Shown here: positions 36,425-45,551 of the stretch, piece by piece
How positions within the stretch are numbered: the stretch's first letter is position 1
How the letters are laid out: each line of letters starts with the position of its first letter
Source: a virus
Taxonomy: Duplodnaviria > Caudoviricetes
Virus record (IMG/VR): IMGVR_UViG_3300033148_006861
Span: 1-52,251 of that record
DNA: 52,251 nucleotides
Strand: one strand, 5' to 3'
Translations under genes and position numbers: made by a program
The notes under the pieces: generated by a model
What the model saw: the letters and a program-made list of their open reading frames with translations, nothing else
What the model was told of the DNA's origin: nothing
The model's database searches: none

Positions 36425-39400
36425 TTATGAAATAGATAATTTGCCAAGTGTCAAGGGCTGCGTGATTTTCAAAGCCGCTCGATGGTGAACCATGATTGCT
36501 TTTGTCTTGGTATCCGGGACCCACTGGGGGCCAAGAATTACAAACGGAACATAGACATAATAGTGGATGCCTGTCGATCTTGTACCAACAGCCACCCTCG
36601 AACGTCTTGCATTGGGGCTTACAAAGACTTCGCAACCAGAAACATTGCCCACACTTCGGCTTGATAAATGCAACTCGTTGCGATTCACGTTATATTTCGT
36701 CCAGCCCTCTCCAAGCCATTCCATAAAACGAGAACGGTCTGCACGACTCCAAACCATCCAGTCGGGTTCAAAGTTTCCAGCCAATGCAGTTTCATCAACA
36801 ACCAAGTCGGAATAATATAAGAACTTCTTGTTCCATTCGGCTTGGGTATATCCTTCGTCCGGGGTCGATTGAACAAAAGTCTGATCACCACCTGTGGCGT
36901 CATCCACAATTTCATAAAGAATCTTCTTGTCAATAGTGTCAACGATAGACTTGATTATGGTCTGCACCAACAGGGTCAAATAATCTAATCCGCTGCCTTT
37001 GTCTCGCATAGCCAACTGCATATCTTCAATTGTGGAAATATCAACTCTGGCGCCGAGATCGTAATCTTGCGCAGTGGCTTGGCTCTTGACAATTCCTAAA
37101 TAAGATTTGTCCTCTGCGCTGCCAGCCGTTGCGCCGGTGATGGGCTTTTCGACAAAGAAACCAACCTGTCCCGCAGTTAGAGTAGATGAATCAGCGACAC
37201 TAACACCTGTCACGTCTGTACATTTCTGACCGACATTCGTAGGTGTACAGCGTTTAATAGTGCCAGCCGCATCGGTTGTATAAAAGGTCACCGTCCAAGT
37301 TGCGGTGTCTCCATTTTCATCTTTTCCGGTAATCGTGATTACCATATCAGTGCCGGCAGGGACTTCAATCAATCTCGCAAAAAGAGGCTGCGGATACTCA
37401 TTACTCGATGGGGATAATGCACCTTCATCAACAAAATCACCATAGGTGGTAGGATTTGCAGTTGTCGTTACCAGTGTTGCAGGATTCGCTTCATCTACCC
37501 ATCCAAATTCATGCTGTCCGCGCCTGAAAACATTATCGCCAGTCGGATAACCAATCTCAAAGATGTCTTTTGTCGTGGACAGCATATCCCCTGTAACAGC
37601 AATGTTCATCGCAATTGTTTGTGGCCATGCGCCGTAAATGATTGCAGCAGCTACCTCAGTGGGTAAATTTGAACCGATAACTGTGGAAGTCGTAGCTTCA
37701 TTAGCTTCCAGTAATGGCCTAAAGTTTTTCTGCACTTCCTCGGTGATTAAAGTTTCGTAAAGCTGACCACCCGGAGATAACAGGTCACCGCCAGTTCGGC
37801 CTGTAAACTGCATATATAATTTTTGCAGCTTCAGCAATGGCCTTAATCGCTCATCCCATTCCTCCAACAAGAATCGGCCATTATCATAGACAGGACGTTT
37901 GAAAATTCTGGAAAGAATGATATCGCGGACTTTGTGAGACCCGCCTGTTTCTTCTTGCAAAATCCCCTTAGCACGTTCTTCGGTTTTCAGGGTACTAATT
38001 ACGTTTGGATTGGTAACAAACTCTTTCTGGGCCTTCATTGACTCTTGAAGTGATTCAGCAATTTCTTTTTTGCGTGACTCAGCCTTTCCTTTAATGAACT
38101 CCTCAATTTTCAATTTGGCAACCTCATCGTTTTCGTTTTCGGCCATGATCACATCAACGGCCTCCTTACTCTCGCTGAGAATATTTGCCTTTACCAAATC
38201 GCCAAGTCCCTCAAGTTCATTTACCTTTTCAGTAACATGCTCAATCAGCATCTTCTTGCGAGCCTCATAGGCGGCCTGCTTTTGGGCTTCCTCGAGCTTT
38301 TTCTTTTCTTCCTCTAAAGCTTTTTGTTCAGCCTCCAATTTAGCCTTTTGTGCCTTTAGCTCCTCTAATTCCTTCTTTTCTTTTTCTTCCATTATATTAT
38401 CCTCCTTCTTTTCCTCAAGATGAAAACCCTTTTCCTCATCGGAAAACGGCATTGAGCCAACATCTGTGAAATCTGCCCCTAATAATGTGAGTCTGCGGAC
38501 GTCATCGCCGCCCATGTTGTTAGCTTCATAATATCCATTTTTGGGAAATGCCCGCAGGCTTACACCGTCAACCATTTCCTCTAACAGCAAGACAGCCATG
38601 TCTTGCCCTGCGCTTGTTTTTAAAGTCTCAAAATGTATGTAGCCAATACCATCACTGGACGATACTCCTGTTATTTTCCCAGCCCGCTGTCTGAAATAAT
38701 CTGGATGCTTTGGATCAAGCGCCGGTCTATGTGTTGGAAACATATCAAGGACTTTCCTTGATGACTTCGACTCTTTGAGCCGTTTTAAATCTTCTTCTAA
38801 CCAAGTCCAACATTCATCTAAATAACGATTGCCATTTTCTGTAAAAGTATTGAACTTGATCATCGGCACTTTTGCCTTTACAACAAGTCCATTGTCCTTG
38901 TCTTGATTTTCTTCCAGCAAGATTTTGCCAGATAAACTAAAAACATGGCCTGACTCAACTTTATCTGAAGTTTCGATTTTTTCCTCAATTAGAAATTTTT
39001 CAGGATCGAGTTGCTTTTGTTCTTCGGTTTTCTTTTTAACAACCTGCTTAATTTCGACTTGTTCAAGAGGACCAAATTCAAAACCAGTATCGGTCTCCTT
39101 AAATGATGCCCTGAAATAGATGGAATTCATTTCCTCCTCATTCCATTTATTCAAAATCACATATTCTTTTACAATGTCTATCACATCGTATTCTTTTCCA
39201 AAATGCGCTTTGACTGCTTGATTTACTTTGTTTCGATATTCATCCAGTCCCCCTTCAATCTCCTCTTTTTTTTGCTTTTTCTTTTTGACTACTTGCTTAG
39301 TATCGGGGTCATACATATATTCATCACCAAGCTTAGAGGCCAATCTTTTCCCCATCTTAGCCCACTCCTCATCGGTATAGCCTCCCTTTGTTTTATTCTC

Positions 39401-40981
39401 AGTATGATTAAAATACGCTAATGCAGCTTTAAGGTGTGTTTTATCGGCGGGATAACGGAAATTAGTATTATGTGCGATAAAACCATTAGCAACAAAATTA
39501 TGCGAACCCTCAACCATTATATCATAAACAGGTTCAGGCGACAATTGTTTGATATCTCGAACTCTTGAAACTGTAAAAATTTGTTCGTTTTCAAGAAATA
39601 TGTCGCGTCCACCAAATACTTTACCCTGAGGCCGATAATTTGAATAAAGTACAATTTGATAAGCAAACGATTCCGTCCCAAAATTCTTTGTTGGTTTGCG
39701 CTCATAAATGTTGCTGCTCCACCATCCAGCATATTTGGCAAGAACCTTAACATCCTCCAATAATTGCTTATTGCATGAAACAATATAATGTTGCCCATTT
39801 TGAGGTGTATGCCCATCGGCATCTATATAGCCTTTTAAAAATTCGGATATTGCATCTTCTGATAATTGGAAAATCCATTTAGGTATTCTTCTATTATGTT
39901 GATTGCCAGCGCAACAAAGTTTTACTAATTTCCGTGCAATGTCAACAGAATGAAGCCTAACTTCATAGCATTTGTTAGGCGGCTGATGGTGAGGATAGAT
40001 TTTAATTCTTTCAGCATAATCAGGATAGGCTTCACCAAGAATTGCTTTATATTTTTCAGCTTCCTCTTTACCAGAGCAAGCAAGTCTTAAACTATGTGCC
40101 CCATATTTGTTATACTCTAAATACCCATCGCCATAATAAAAACCCAAAGATCTCATCTCTGCTAAAGAATGGCCGTTATTATTTTCGTTAGGTAATTTTT
40201 TAACAATAAGAAGAAGATCGCCCTTACAGATATGATCAAGTCGCGTCCATTCTAATCTGCGCCCCAAAGGTTTATCTCGCTTTAGAGTTAATATCGGATG
40301 TTCAGCAGTGCCCTTGATTTTATCATGGCCCGTCGAAATTTCATAAATCGGGAAAACGCCAACTTCTTTCCATCCAAGTACTTTTCTCTTTTTTAATTGG
40401 CCGACGAATCTCTGTTTTTCGTATTTTCTTTTGCCACCCCACCTTTCTTCCCCAATAGATAGAAAAGGTTGGAATCCGCCTTCAAAAGAATAAACGAAAT
40501 TATCTTCCTTAATTTCAGCAATAGGCACAGGTCCTTCTGGATTGGTATAAATTAAAGTATCGCCTGTTACACAGGCATCTAAGAAATCATCTTCAGCAAC
40601 ATCTTTGTACTGCGAAGGCTTTGTAACATGCCCGCCCTCTTTTATGCCTATGCCATATTTCTTAGCTCTTGCCTCCTGAGCTTCTTTTGCTTTTTCTCTT
40701 TCGCTCTTTTCTTCTATCAACTCGTTATCTTCGTTTTCGCTCAGCGGTTCTAAGTGATTTTGATAGTCATCCATAACTATTTCCTCTTGTTTTTTGATGA
40801 CCCATTTATTCCCTACTTTTTTGTATTTTGCTTTAACTGCTCCCCAGCCTGCCATGCGTGCCTTTTCATCGTTTTTGCTTTTTGCATATTCTGCATTAAA
40901 AGCCTTGATAAAAAGCTTTTGCGCGCCTGCCGGCAGGTTCTTTAAATAAGTCGGGATATTGTTCGGGTATTGGTAAGGCAG
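36425..40981 (-). CDS. Head polyprotein: ChaB + DUF6582-like (intein-interrupted) + prohead protease + scaffold + major capsid protein; probable CTG start
   Basis: ORF extends 42 codons beyond the track start to CTG after AAGGAG, giving (M)PYQYPNNIPTYLKNLPAGAQKLFIKAFN..AGWGAVK (ChaB); NGNRY, THRP, GVSLRA, GADF protease motifs; coiled coil; capsid C-terminus (YYVYVPF); no other capsid gene. Confidence 0.85.
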   Translation of the reverse strand: MPYQYPNNIPTYLKNLPAGAQKLFIKAFNAEYAKSKNDEKARMAGWGAVKAKYKKVGNKWVIKKQEEIVMDDYQNHLEPLSENEDNELIEEKSEREKAKEAQEARAKKYGIGIKEGGHVTKPSQYKDVAEDDFLDACVTGDTLIYTNPEGPVPIAEIKEDNFVYSFEGGFQPFLSIGEERWGGKRKYEKQRFVGQLKKRKVLGWKEVGVFPIYEISTGHDKIKGTAEHPILTLKRDKPLGRRLEWTRLDHICKGDLLLIVKKLPNENNNGHSLAEMRSLGFYYGDGYLEYNKYGAHSLRLACSGKEEAEKYKAILGEAYPDYAERIKIYPHHQPPNKCYEVRLHSVDIARKLVKLCCAGNQHNRRIPKWIFQLSEDAISEFLKGYIDADGHTPQNGQHYIVSCNKQLLEDVKVLAKYAGWWSSNIYERKPTKNFGTESFAYQIVLYSNYRPQGKVFGGRDIFLENEQIFTVSRVRDIKQLSPEPVYDIMVEGSHNFVANGFIAHNTNFRYPADKTHLKAALAYFNHTENKTKGGYTDEEWAKMGKRLASKLGDEYMYDPDTKQVVKKKKQKKEEIEGGLDEYRNKVNQAVKAHFGKEYDVIDIVKEYVILNKWNEEEMNSIYFRASFKETDTGFEFGPLEQVEIKQVVKKKTEEQKQLDPEKFLIEEKIETSDKVESGHVFSLSGKILLEENQDKDNGLVVKAKVPMIKFNTFTENGNRYLDECWTWLEEDLKRLKESKSSRKVLDMFPTHRPALDPKHPDYFRQRAGKITGVSSSDGIGYIHFETLKTSAGQDMAVLLLEEMVDGVSLRAFPKNGYYEANNMGGDDVRRLTLLGADFTDVGSMPFSDEEKGFHLEEKKEDNIMEEKEKKELEELKAQKAKLEAEQKALEEEKKKLEEAQKQAAYEARKKMLIEHVTEKVNELEGLGDLVKANILSESKEAVDVIMAENENDEVAKLKIEEFIKGKAESRKKEIAESLQESMKAQKEFVTNPNVISTLKTEERAKGILQEETGGSHKVRDIILSRIFKRPVYDNGRFLLEEWDERLRPLLKLQKLYMQFTGRTGGDLLSPGGQLYETLITEEVQKNFRPLLEANEATTSTVIGSNLPTEVAAAIIYGAWPQTIAMNIAVTGDMLSTTKDIFEIGYPTGDNVFRRGQHEFGWVDEANPATLVTTTANPTTYGDFVDEGALSPSSNEYPQPLFARLIEVPAGTDMVITITGKDENGDTATWTVTFYTTDAAGTIKRCTPTNVGQKCTDVTGVSVADSSTLTAGQVGFFVEKPITGATAGSAEDKSYLGIVKSQATAQDYDLGARVDISTIEDMQLAMRDKGSGLDYLTLLVQTIIKSIVDTIDKKILYEIVDDATGGDQTFVQSTPDEGYTQAEWNKKFLYYSDLVVDETALAGNFEPDWMVWSRADRSRFMEWLGEGWTKYNVNRNELHLSSRSVGNVSGCEVFVSPNARRSRVAVGTRSTGIHYYVYVPFVILGPQWVPDTKTKAIMVHHRAALKITQPLTLGKLSIS
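39467..40573 (-). mobile_element. Intein (369 aa) with LAGLIDADG homing endonuclease
   Basis: N-terminus CVTGDTLI, block B TAEHPIL, LGFYYGDG and LKGYIDADG, C-terminus VYDIMVEGSHNFVANGFIAHN|T. Confidence 0.95.
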
Positions 40982-40987
40982 TTTAAA

Positions 40988-41063
40988 CTCCTTGCTTTGA
41001 TTTGGTACATTTCAGTTTGCGAGCCGCCCTGTCTGCCACAGGCAGACAAACATGGCAAACTGA
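40988..41063 (-). promoter_or_regulatory. Structured leader motif upstream of the capsid polyprotein
   Basis: Stem TCAGTTTGC/GCAAACTGA; loop CATGTTT[palindromic insert]GGCGGCTC; ACCAAATCAAAGCAAGGAG. Confidence 0.7.
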
Positions 41064-41073
41064 GATTATAAAC

Positions 41074-41125
41074 AAAAAAAGCCGCAACATTCTAATCGCT
41101 TCAAACGACCAGAACGCCGCGGCTT
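41074..41125 (-). terminator. Terminator-like hairpin upstream of the capsid leader
   Basis: AAGCCGC...GCGGCTT stem followed by T7 on the minus strand. Confidence 0.6.
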
Positions 41126-41200
41126 CGGTTTTTCCGATCACCTTAGCTATTCAGGCGAAACAAAAATAATCTCAAAATTTCTTAATAAAATATAAAAAAA

Positions 41201-41470
41201 TTAAAAATTCTTGTCAACATCTTTTTTTAAATTTGCATTTCGTTTAATAATTAATTTTGATAATTCAAGCCATGTACCATACGGTAAATTTCTGCGAAGC
41301 CATTTGAATAATAATAAAGCCTCTGATTTAAAAATATTTTCAGTAAAAAAATCCATAGGTCTCTTTTCTATCTGAACTGAACCGTCTGCCTCGCGGCTGT
41401 CATAAGTCTTATGCAATAAAATATCATTGCTAAATTTTTCATCTTCAAGATTATTCATTATAGTCACCAA
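41201..41470 (-). CDS. Hypothetical protein
   Basis: ORF in the late operon. Confidence 0.5.
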   Translation of the reverse strand: MVTIMNNLEDEKFSNDILLHKTYDSREADGSVQIEKRPMDFFTENIFKSEALLLFKWLRRNLPYGTWLELSKLIIKRNANLKKDVDKNF

Positions 41471-41675
41471 TTAGTTTTTCCCAATCTTCTCTGGTGATTG
41501 TCTGAATCGGTATTGATTGCCGTGGGATGCTTGAGTGTACCATTGCCCCATTCTGAAATTTAATGAGCAACTCTCCAAAAAAACCGTTATCATAATCGCA
41601 TGGCAGTGTAACTTGTTGAATGTGTTTTTTCCCGCCAGCCTCACGAACGATATAAACATCCGTTTTAATCGACAT
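41451..41675 (-). CDS. DUF2292/YezD-like small protein
   Basis: FFGELLIKFQNG..V beta-hairpin motif. Confidence 0.5.
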   Translation of the reverse strand: MSIKTDVYIVREAGGKKHIQQVTLPCDYDNGFFGELLIKFQNGAMVHSSIPRQSIPIQTITREDWEKLIGDYNE

Positions 41676-42760
41676 TAATCAATCCCTTTGAATCGTTTTG
41701 AACCAACAATATTGTTCATCATTGACCAAAATTGTTTTTCAATTCTCTTTTTATAATTAGTCGTCACCTTGCGCTCTATCTGTTTTTTCCGTGTAGAGTC
41801 CAAAAACGTGGTGGTTTCTGGATGTTCAAATTTGATATTTTTTTTCGGTGTTAATTTTGGCCTTGTTTTGCCCCAATCGGATTTTGGCAATAATTCCCTT
41901 GTAGTGTAACACATATCATTTGGGTGCGGATAAAGAGGGACATTCTCCGGCGGATAAACGCCGCTTCCCAAGCCATACAAATCTATGCTCGCCAATGTAT
42001 CGCAGATATCATATTGTCCATGAGCTGGACTCAAATTCCATCGAATGCCAGCCAGAATTTTAGAAGCCATAGCAGACATAATATCTGCTTCGTGGTAAGC
42101 GTTGCCTATTTCAGTTCTTGCCAATCGCAAAGCATTATAGTGAATCGTACCACGTGCTCTGACTGCCTTTGAAATTCGAGTTGTCCAGCGCTGGCTTTCG
42201 GGAATATCTTCAAAACTGCCTATTCCAAGAATATCAAATTGTATATCCTTAGCCATATTCACTGCCGATTGACCTCTTGCGATTCCCGACATTACTATTG
42301 CATCGATTCGCTTATGAATATGCTTTCTCAAATCCCAAATTCTGTTGCTTAGCATCAACCCATCTGAGCCTATTCGTTTCCAAACTGAATTAACAGCTTG
42401 TAGCGGGATTAAAGGAAATTGGTCGCTTATTGCAATATCAGTTCCCGCCAGCATCATTTCCTCAGCCATCTTGTTGATATTTACAGTTTGTAAGGCGCTG
42501 AGATTCATTCCATTTCTAAGTTCCTCGCTAAAGCCGTTCGCAAGTTCATCGGCGATATTCAATAGCTGATCTTTTTTGGCTTTCCAAAATTTTCTCTGTG
42601 CTGTTTTGCGGGTATCTGAATCAAGTTTAAAAAGCATCTGCTCTATTCTTTCATAAGCCCGCTCAAATGATTCATTTAACTTTTTAATTGTTTCATCAGT
42701 AATCTTGACGTGATTGTCTCGGCTTTTTAATATCAAGCGCTGATATTCTGAAATGTTCAT
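41675..42760 (-). CDS. Minor head morphogenesis protein (SPP1 gp7 / Mu F-like)
   Basis: LSNRIW, NALRLARTE, DICD, HPNDMC. Confidence 0.88.
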   Translation of the reverse strand: MNISEYQRLILKSRDNHVKITDETIKKLNESFERAYERIEQMLFKLDSDTRKTAQRKFWKAKKDQLLNIADELANGFSEELRNGMNLSALQTVNINKMAEEMMLAGTDIAISDQFPLIPLQAVNSVWKRIGSDGLMLSNRIWDLRKHIHKRIDAIVMSGIARGQSAVNMAKDIQFDILGIGSFEDIPESQRWTTRISKAVRARGTIHYNALRLARTEIGNAYHEADIMSAMASKILAGIRWNLSPAHGQYDICDTLASIDLYGLGSGVYPPENVPLYPHPNDMCYTTRELLPKSDWGKTRPKLTPKKNIKFEHPETTTFLDSTRKKQIERKVTTNYKKRIEKQFWSMMNNIVGSKRFKGID

Positions 42761-42868
42761 ATTAAATATGTGTCCATGTTTTTCTTGTAAATAATCTCAG
42801 GACGGTAGAAGAGACCTTAACTCAAATTTTCAGAGACTTGTTAATTTATTCTACCGCCCTATTTTTCT

Positions 42869-42991
42869 TTACCTCCGATTACTTCCCTTGCCAGTTCCGG
42901 GCTGTTTGGATGGAGGACAACCACCACGACCTTGATTTTTTCTTGTCCCCCCACCACTGCCGTCACGTTTCGGGACGCCTTTCTGAGCCAT
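42869..42991 (-). CDS. 40-aa Gly/Arg-rich basic peptide (not in ORF track)
   Basis: MAQKGVPKRDGSGGGTRKNQGRGGCPPSKQPGTGKGSNRR; GGAGGTG RBS; TAATG coupling. Confidence 0.65.
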   Translation of the reverse strand: MAQKGVPKRDGSGGGTRKNQGRGGCPPSKQPGTGKGSNRR

Positions 42992-43512
42992 TATTTTTCA
43001 CCTCCTTCCATATTTTTGTAATTTTCTTGAATTTTATTTTTGACCACTTCGTTGATATTATAACGGTCTAATGTTTCGTAAACCATGTTGAGAATTTTAT
43101 CTCTTTCCTGTTTAGATTTTTTTTGTTGCTCTTTGTCTTTTTCATCAAGATACTGAGCCAACCTCAAAACCTCAGCCTCATGGACGTCTCGGCCCCCAAA
43201 GTATTCCAAAGCCTCTGCATAATGTTCATTATCAGGCGTTGGCCCAGATGGTTTTAATTTTCTTAACAGAAAATAAGCTACAATGCTACTTAGCGTGACT
43301 AAGTTCTGCCAATCTTCTAATGAACGTAAATTTCCAATAAATTGTCCTTTATTAGTTTGCTCCCAAATCTCCTCACCCATTGCCATTGTGTTCTTTGATT
43401 TGGCTTCCCAAACCAAATCGTAATAAAACCTTTGCCCCTCAACTTGGTTTATAATTTTAGGAACAAACACTATTCGGATAACTCCATCGTTGTAAATTAT
43501 TTCATTTTGCAT
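42991..43512 (-). CDS. Hypothetical protein
   Basis: 173-aa ORF. Confidence 0.55.
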   Translation of the reverse strand: MQNEIIYNDGVIRIVFVPKIINQVEGQRFYYDLVWEAKSKNTMAMGEEIWEQTNKGQFIGNLRSLEDWQNLVTLSSIVAYFLLRKLKPSGPTPDNEHYAEALEYFGGRDVHEAEVLRLAQYLDEKDKEQQKKSKQERDKILNMVYETLDRYNINEVVKNKIQENYKNMEGGEK

Positions 43513-43544
43513 TATCTTAATTCCACAAAGTTTACAAATTCGTT

Positions 43545-44138
43545 TTAAAAATACCTTTTATTATTTTGATTATGTTTATTATAAAACGAAATCATTTTAG
43601 ATAAATCCATACCCTTCTTTTTTAAAAGTTTCCTCGAATTGGTGTAATAATTCTGAAAAAGATATCTGTTTTTTAAATTTCTTAATATTTTTTTCTTATA
43701 GAAAATAAGGCTCAACAAAAAATCTTTATCATATTCATTTTTTCTAACGGCAGCTCGTTTTACAGTATGCCATGATTTTTTTTCACAATTAAATAAAAGT
43801 AGCCCCGCTTCCCGTGGGATTTCATTTTTGTTCGCAATTCCCTTTTTTACTGCAAAATAAAACCGATTGCAAAATTTAAGATAACCTCGCCATTTATCTG
43901 ATTTAATATCGGACAAAAAATCATTTCTACTAACTTTCACTTCAAAGATATCAATACAAAATTGAGTATATGATGGCCTAATATTTAGGACATCTGCAAT
44001 TTGTGTTGACGGATTGCATGATAATTGTCCAGCCCAAACACTTCCTAAAGGAATTTCATAATACGGCGTATTCTTTGCCGTAGCAAGATTTACAACTAAA
44101 TCGTAATGAGTCATAGATATTAGCCTTAAATATCTCAA
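43545..44138 (-). CDS. MmcB-like PD-(D/E)XK nuclease
   Basis: IADVL, IFEVKVSRNDFLSD..KW.GY...CNRFYFA, EIP..AGL. Confidence 0.85.
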   Translation of the reverse strand: MRYLRLISMTHYDLVVNLATAKNTPYYEIPLGSVWAGQLSCNPSTQIADVLNIRPSYTQFCIDIFEVKVSRNDFLSDIKSDKWRGYLKFCNRFYFAVKKGIANKNEIPREAGLLLFNCEKKSWHTVKRAAVRKNEYDKDFLLSLIFYKKKILRNLKNRYLFQNYYTNSRKLLKKKGMDLSKMISFYNKHNQNNKRYF

Positions 44139-45535
44139 CCATTTTCATCTTTAGGTGGTTGAAATCCGACATCTACTAAAGAGGGGCTAAATCTTTCCTC
44201 TATTTCAGCCCGCCAAGCTAAATCTTCCTCAATTTCTTTCTTGATTGTTTTTTCATCTCTATCAAAAAGCTCTGCATAAACCGACAGAGGCAATGCCATT
44301 CTATCAACACCATCTTTGGCAATCAATCCTAAGATTCGTTTATCTTCGACAGATTTTTTCGGCCATATTAGATTAACCTCCCAATCCTGTGGTAAATATC
44401 CCCAAAGGATTAGCTGCACTGTATTCAATTTTTTCATTCCATTAGCAAACATATTGCAGATAGCAGGCAAAAGGCCTTTTACATATCTGTGCTCTTGTCT
44501 TTCAAGAATAGACCTGTTTGCCGTGTCTGAGCCATAGCCTGCAGTTAGGGCTGCCGGACGTCTCAAAGATGCAAACAATTTTGACTGTGCATATCTCACG
44601 TCATCAATATTGAATAATGCGCTATTGGATGCCTCCAAAATTTTAGCATCGCCTGTGGTATAAAGAATAGCTTCGATAGTTTCATCGCCATATTTTTTAG
44701 CCTCCTCTAATTCTGCTGCCATAATTGATTTTAGCTCCTCAATTGTTGCGTTAGGATATTGCTTGTTAAGGCGCGGATAAGCTCGCTTCTTTCGTGCTGT
44801 GAATAAATCTTTTTCGGTCTTGAACAATCTGTCCCAATTAACCGATGCGCTGCTTAAAAAACTTAATCCGAAATTATCTTCATCAGGTTTATTCCAGTCG
44901 AATCGTACAACCTCCCACGGCGCAAAAATGGCTACTGGCTGTTGTGTTAAATACTCGAACTGAATATAACAGCCTTTGAATTGTCCTTCATCAATTTCAA
45001 CTGTAATAAATCCTTTTTTGGGGCCTTTAATGTGCCGCAACTCAATAATCTCTTTTGTGTTAAAGTCAACTACAATCCGATAAAATCTTGACCCTTCCAG
45101 TAAAGACCATTTAATTATATTTGTTGCATTGTTAAACAGTCCTAAAGATTGATATTTGTCTCTAAACAAATTTTCAAGTTTTTCCTCATCCTGTTCTTTT
45201 TCAATGCTGCTGCCGATTTTGCTGACTTCAATATTAAAGGGTCTGCCCTCTCTGTTAATCTCTGTTGCATCTTCTGCAAGTGCGTCTAAATTTGCTCTTA
45301 TGCGGTCATCTTCTGAATACATCTCCCACGCTGTTCGAGCCTGATTATAATAGCCTCGGGGCAAATAATTAATCTGACTCTCAATAGACAAGCGAGTGGG
45401 TCTAAAATCGAACTCGCTTTGAGCTGTGAGATTCCCTTCTTGCCTTTCATGTGCTCTCACAATTTTGTCAATTTTCTCCGTCTCTTTGGAAAAAGGATTT
45501 TTTAATCTGTTTAAAATTCCAGTGAACACGCTCAT
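44135..45535 (-). CDS. Portal protein
   Basis: 466 aa directly after TerL; WEVVRF...FGLSFL pattern. Confidence 0.8.
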   Translation of the reverse strand: MSVFTGILNRLKNPFSKETEKIDKIVRAHERQEGNLTAQSEFDFRPTRLSIESQINYLPRGYYNQARTAWEMYSEDDRIRANLDALAEDATEINREGRPFNIEVSKIGSSIEKEQDEEKLENLFRDKYQSLGLFNNATNIIKWSLLEGSRFYRIVVDFNTKEIIELRHIKGPKKGFITVEIDEGQFKGCYIQFEYLTQQPVAIFAPWEVVRFDWNKPDEDNFGLSFLSSASVNWDRLFKTEKDLFTARKKRAYPRLNKQYPNATIEELKSIMAAELEEAKKYGDETIEAILYTTGDAKILEASNSALFNIDDVRYAQSKLFASLRRPAALTAGYGSDTANRSILERQEHRYVKGLLPAICNMFANGMKKLNTVQLILWGYLPQDWEVNLIWPKKSVEDKRILGLIAKDGVDRMALPLSVYAELFDRDEKTIKKEIEEDLAWRAEIEERFSPSLVDVGFQPPKDENG

Positions 45536-45551
45536 CTTTTACTCTCCTTAA

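Noticed and set aside
40926-40937. Palindrome CCTGCCGGCAGG as another mini-element
   Set aside because: Encodes the LPAG segment expected in the ChaB domain; no sign of insertion
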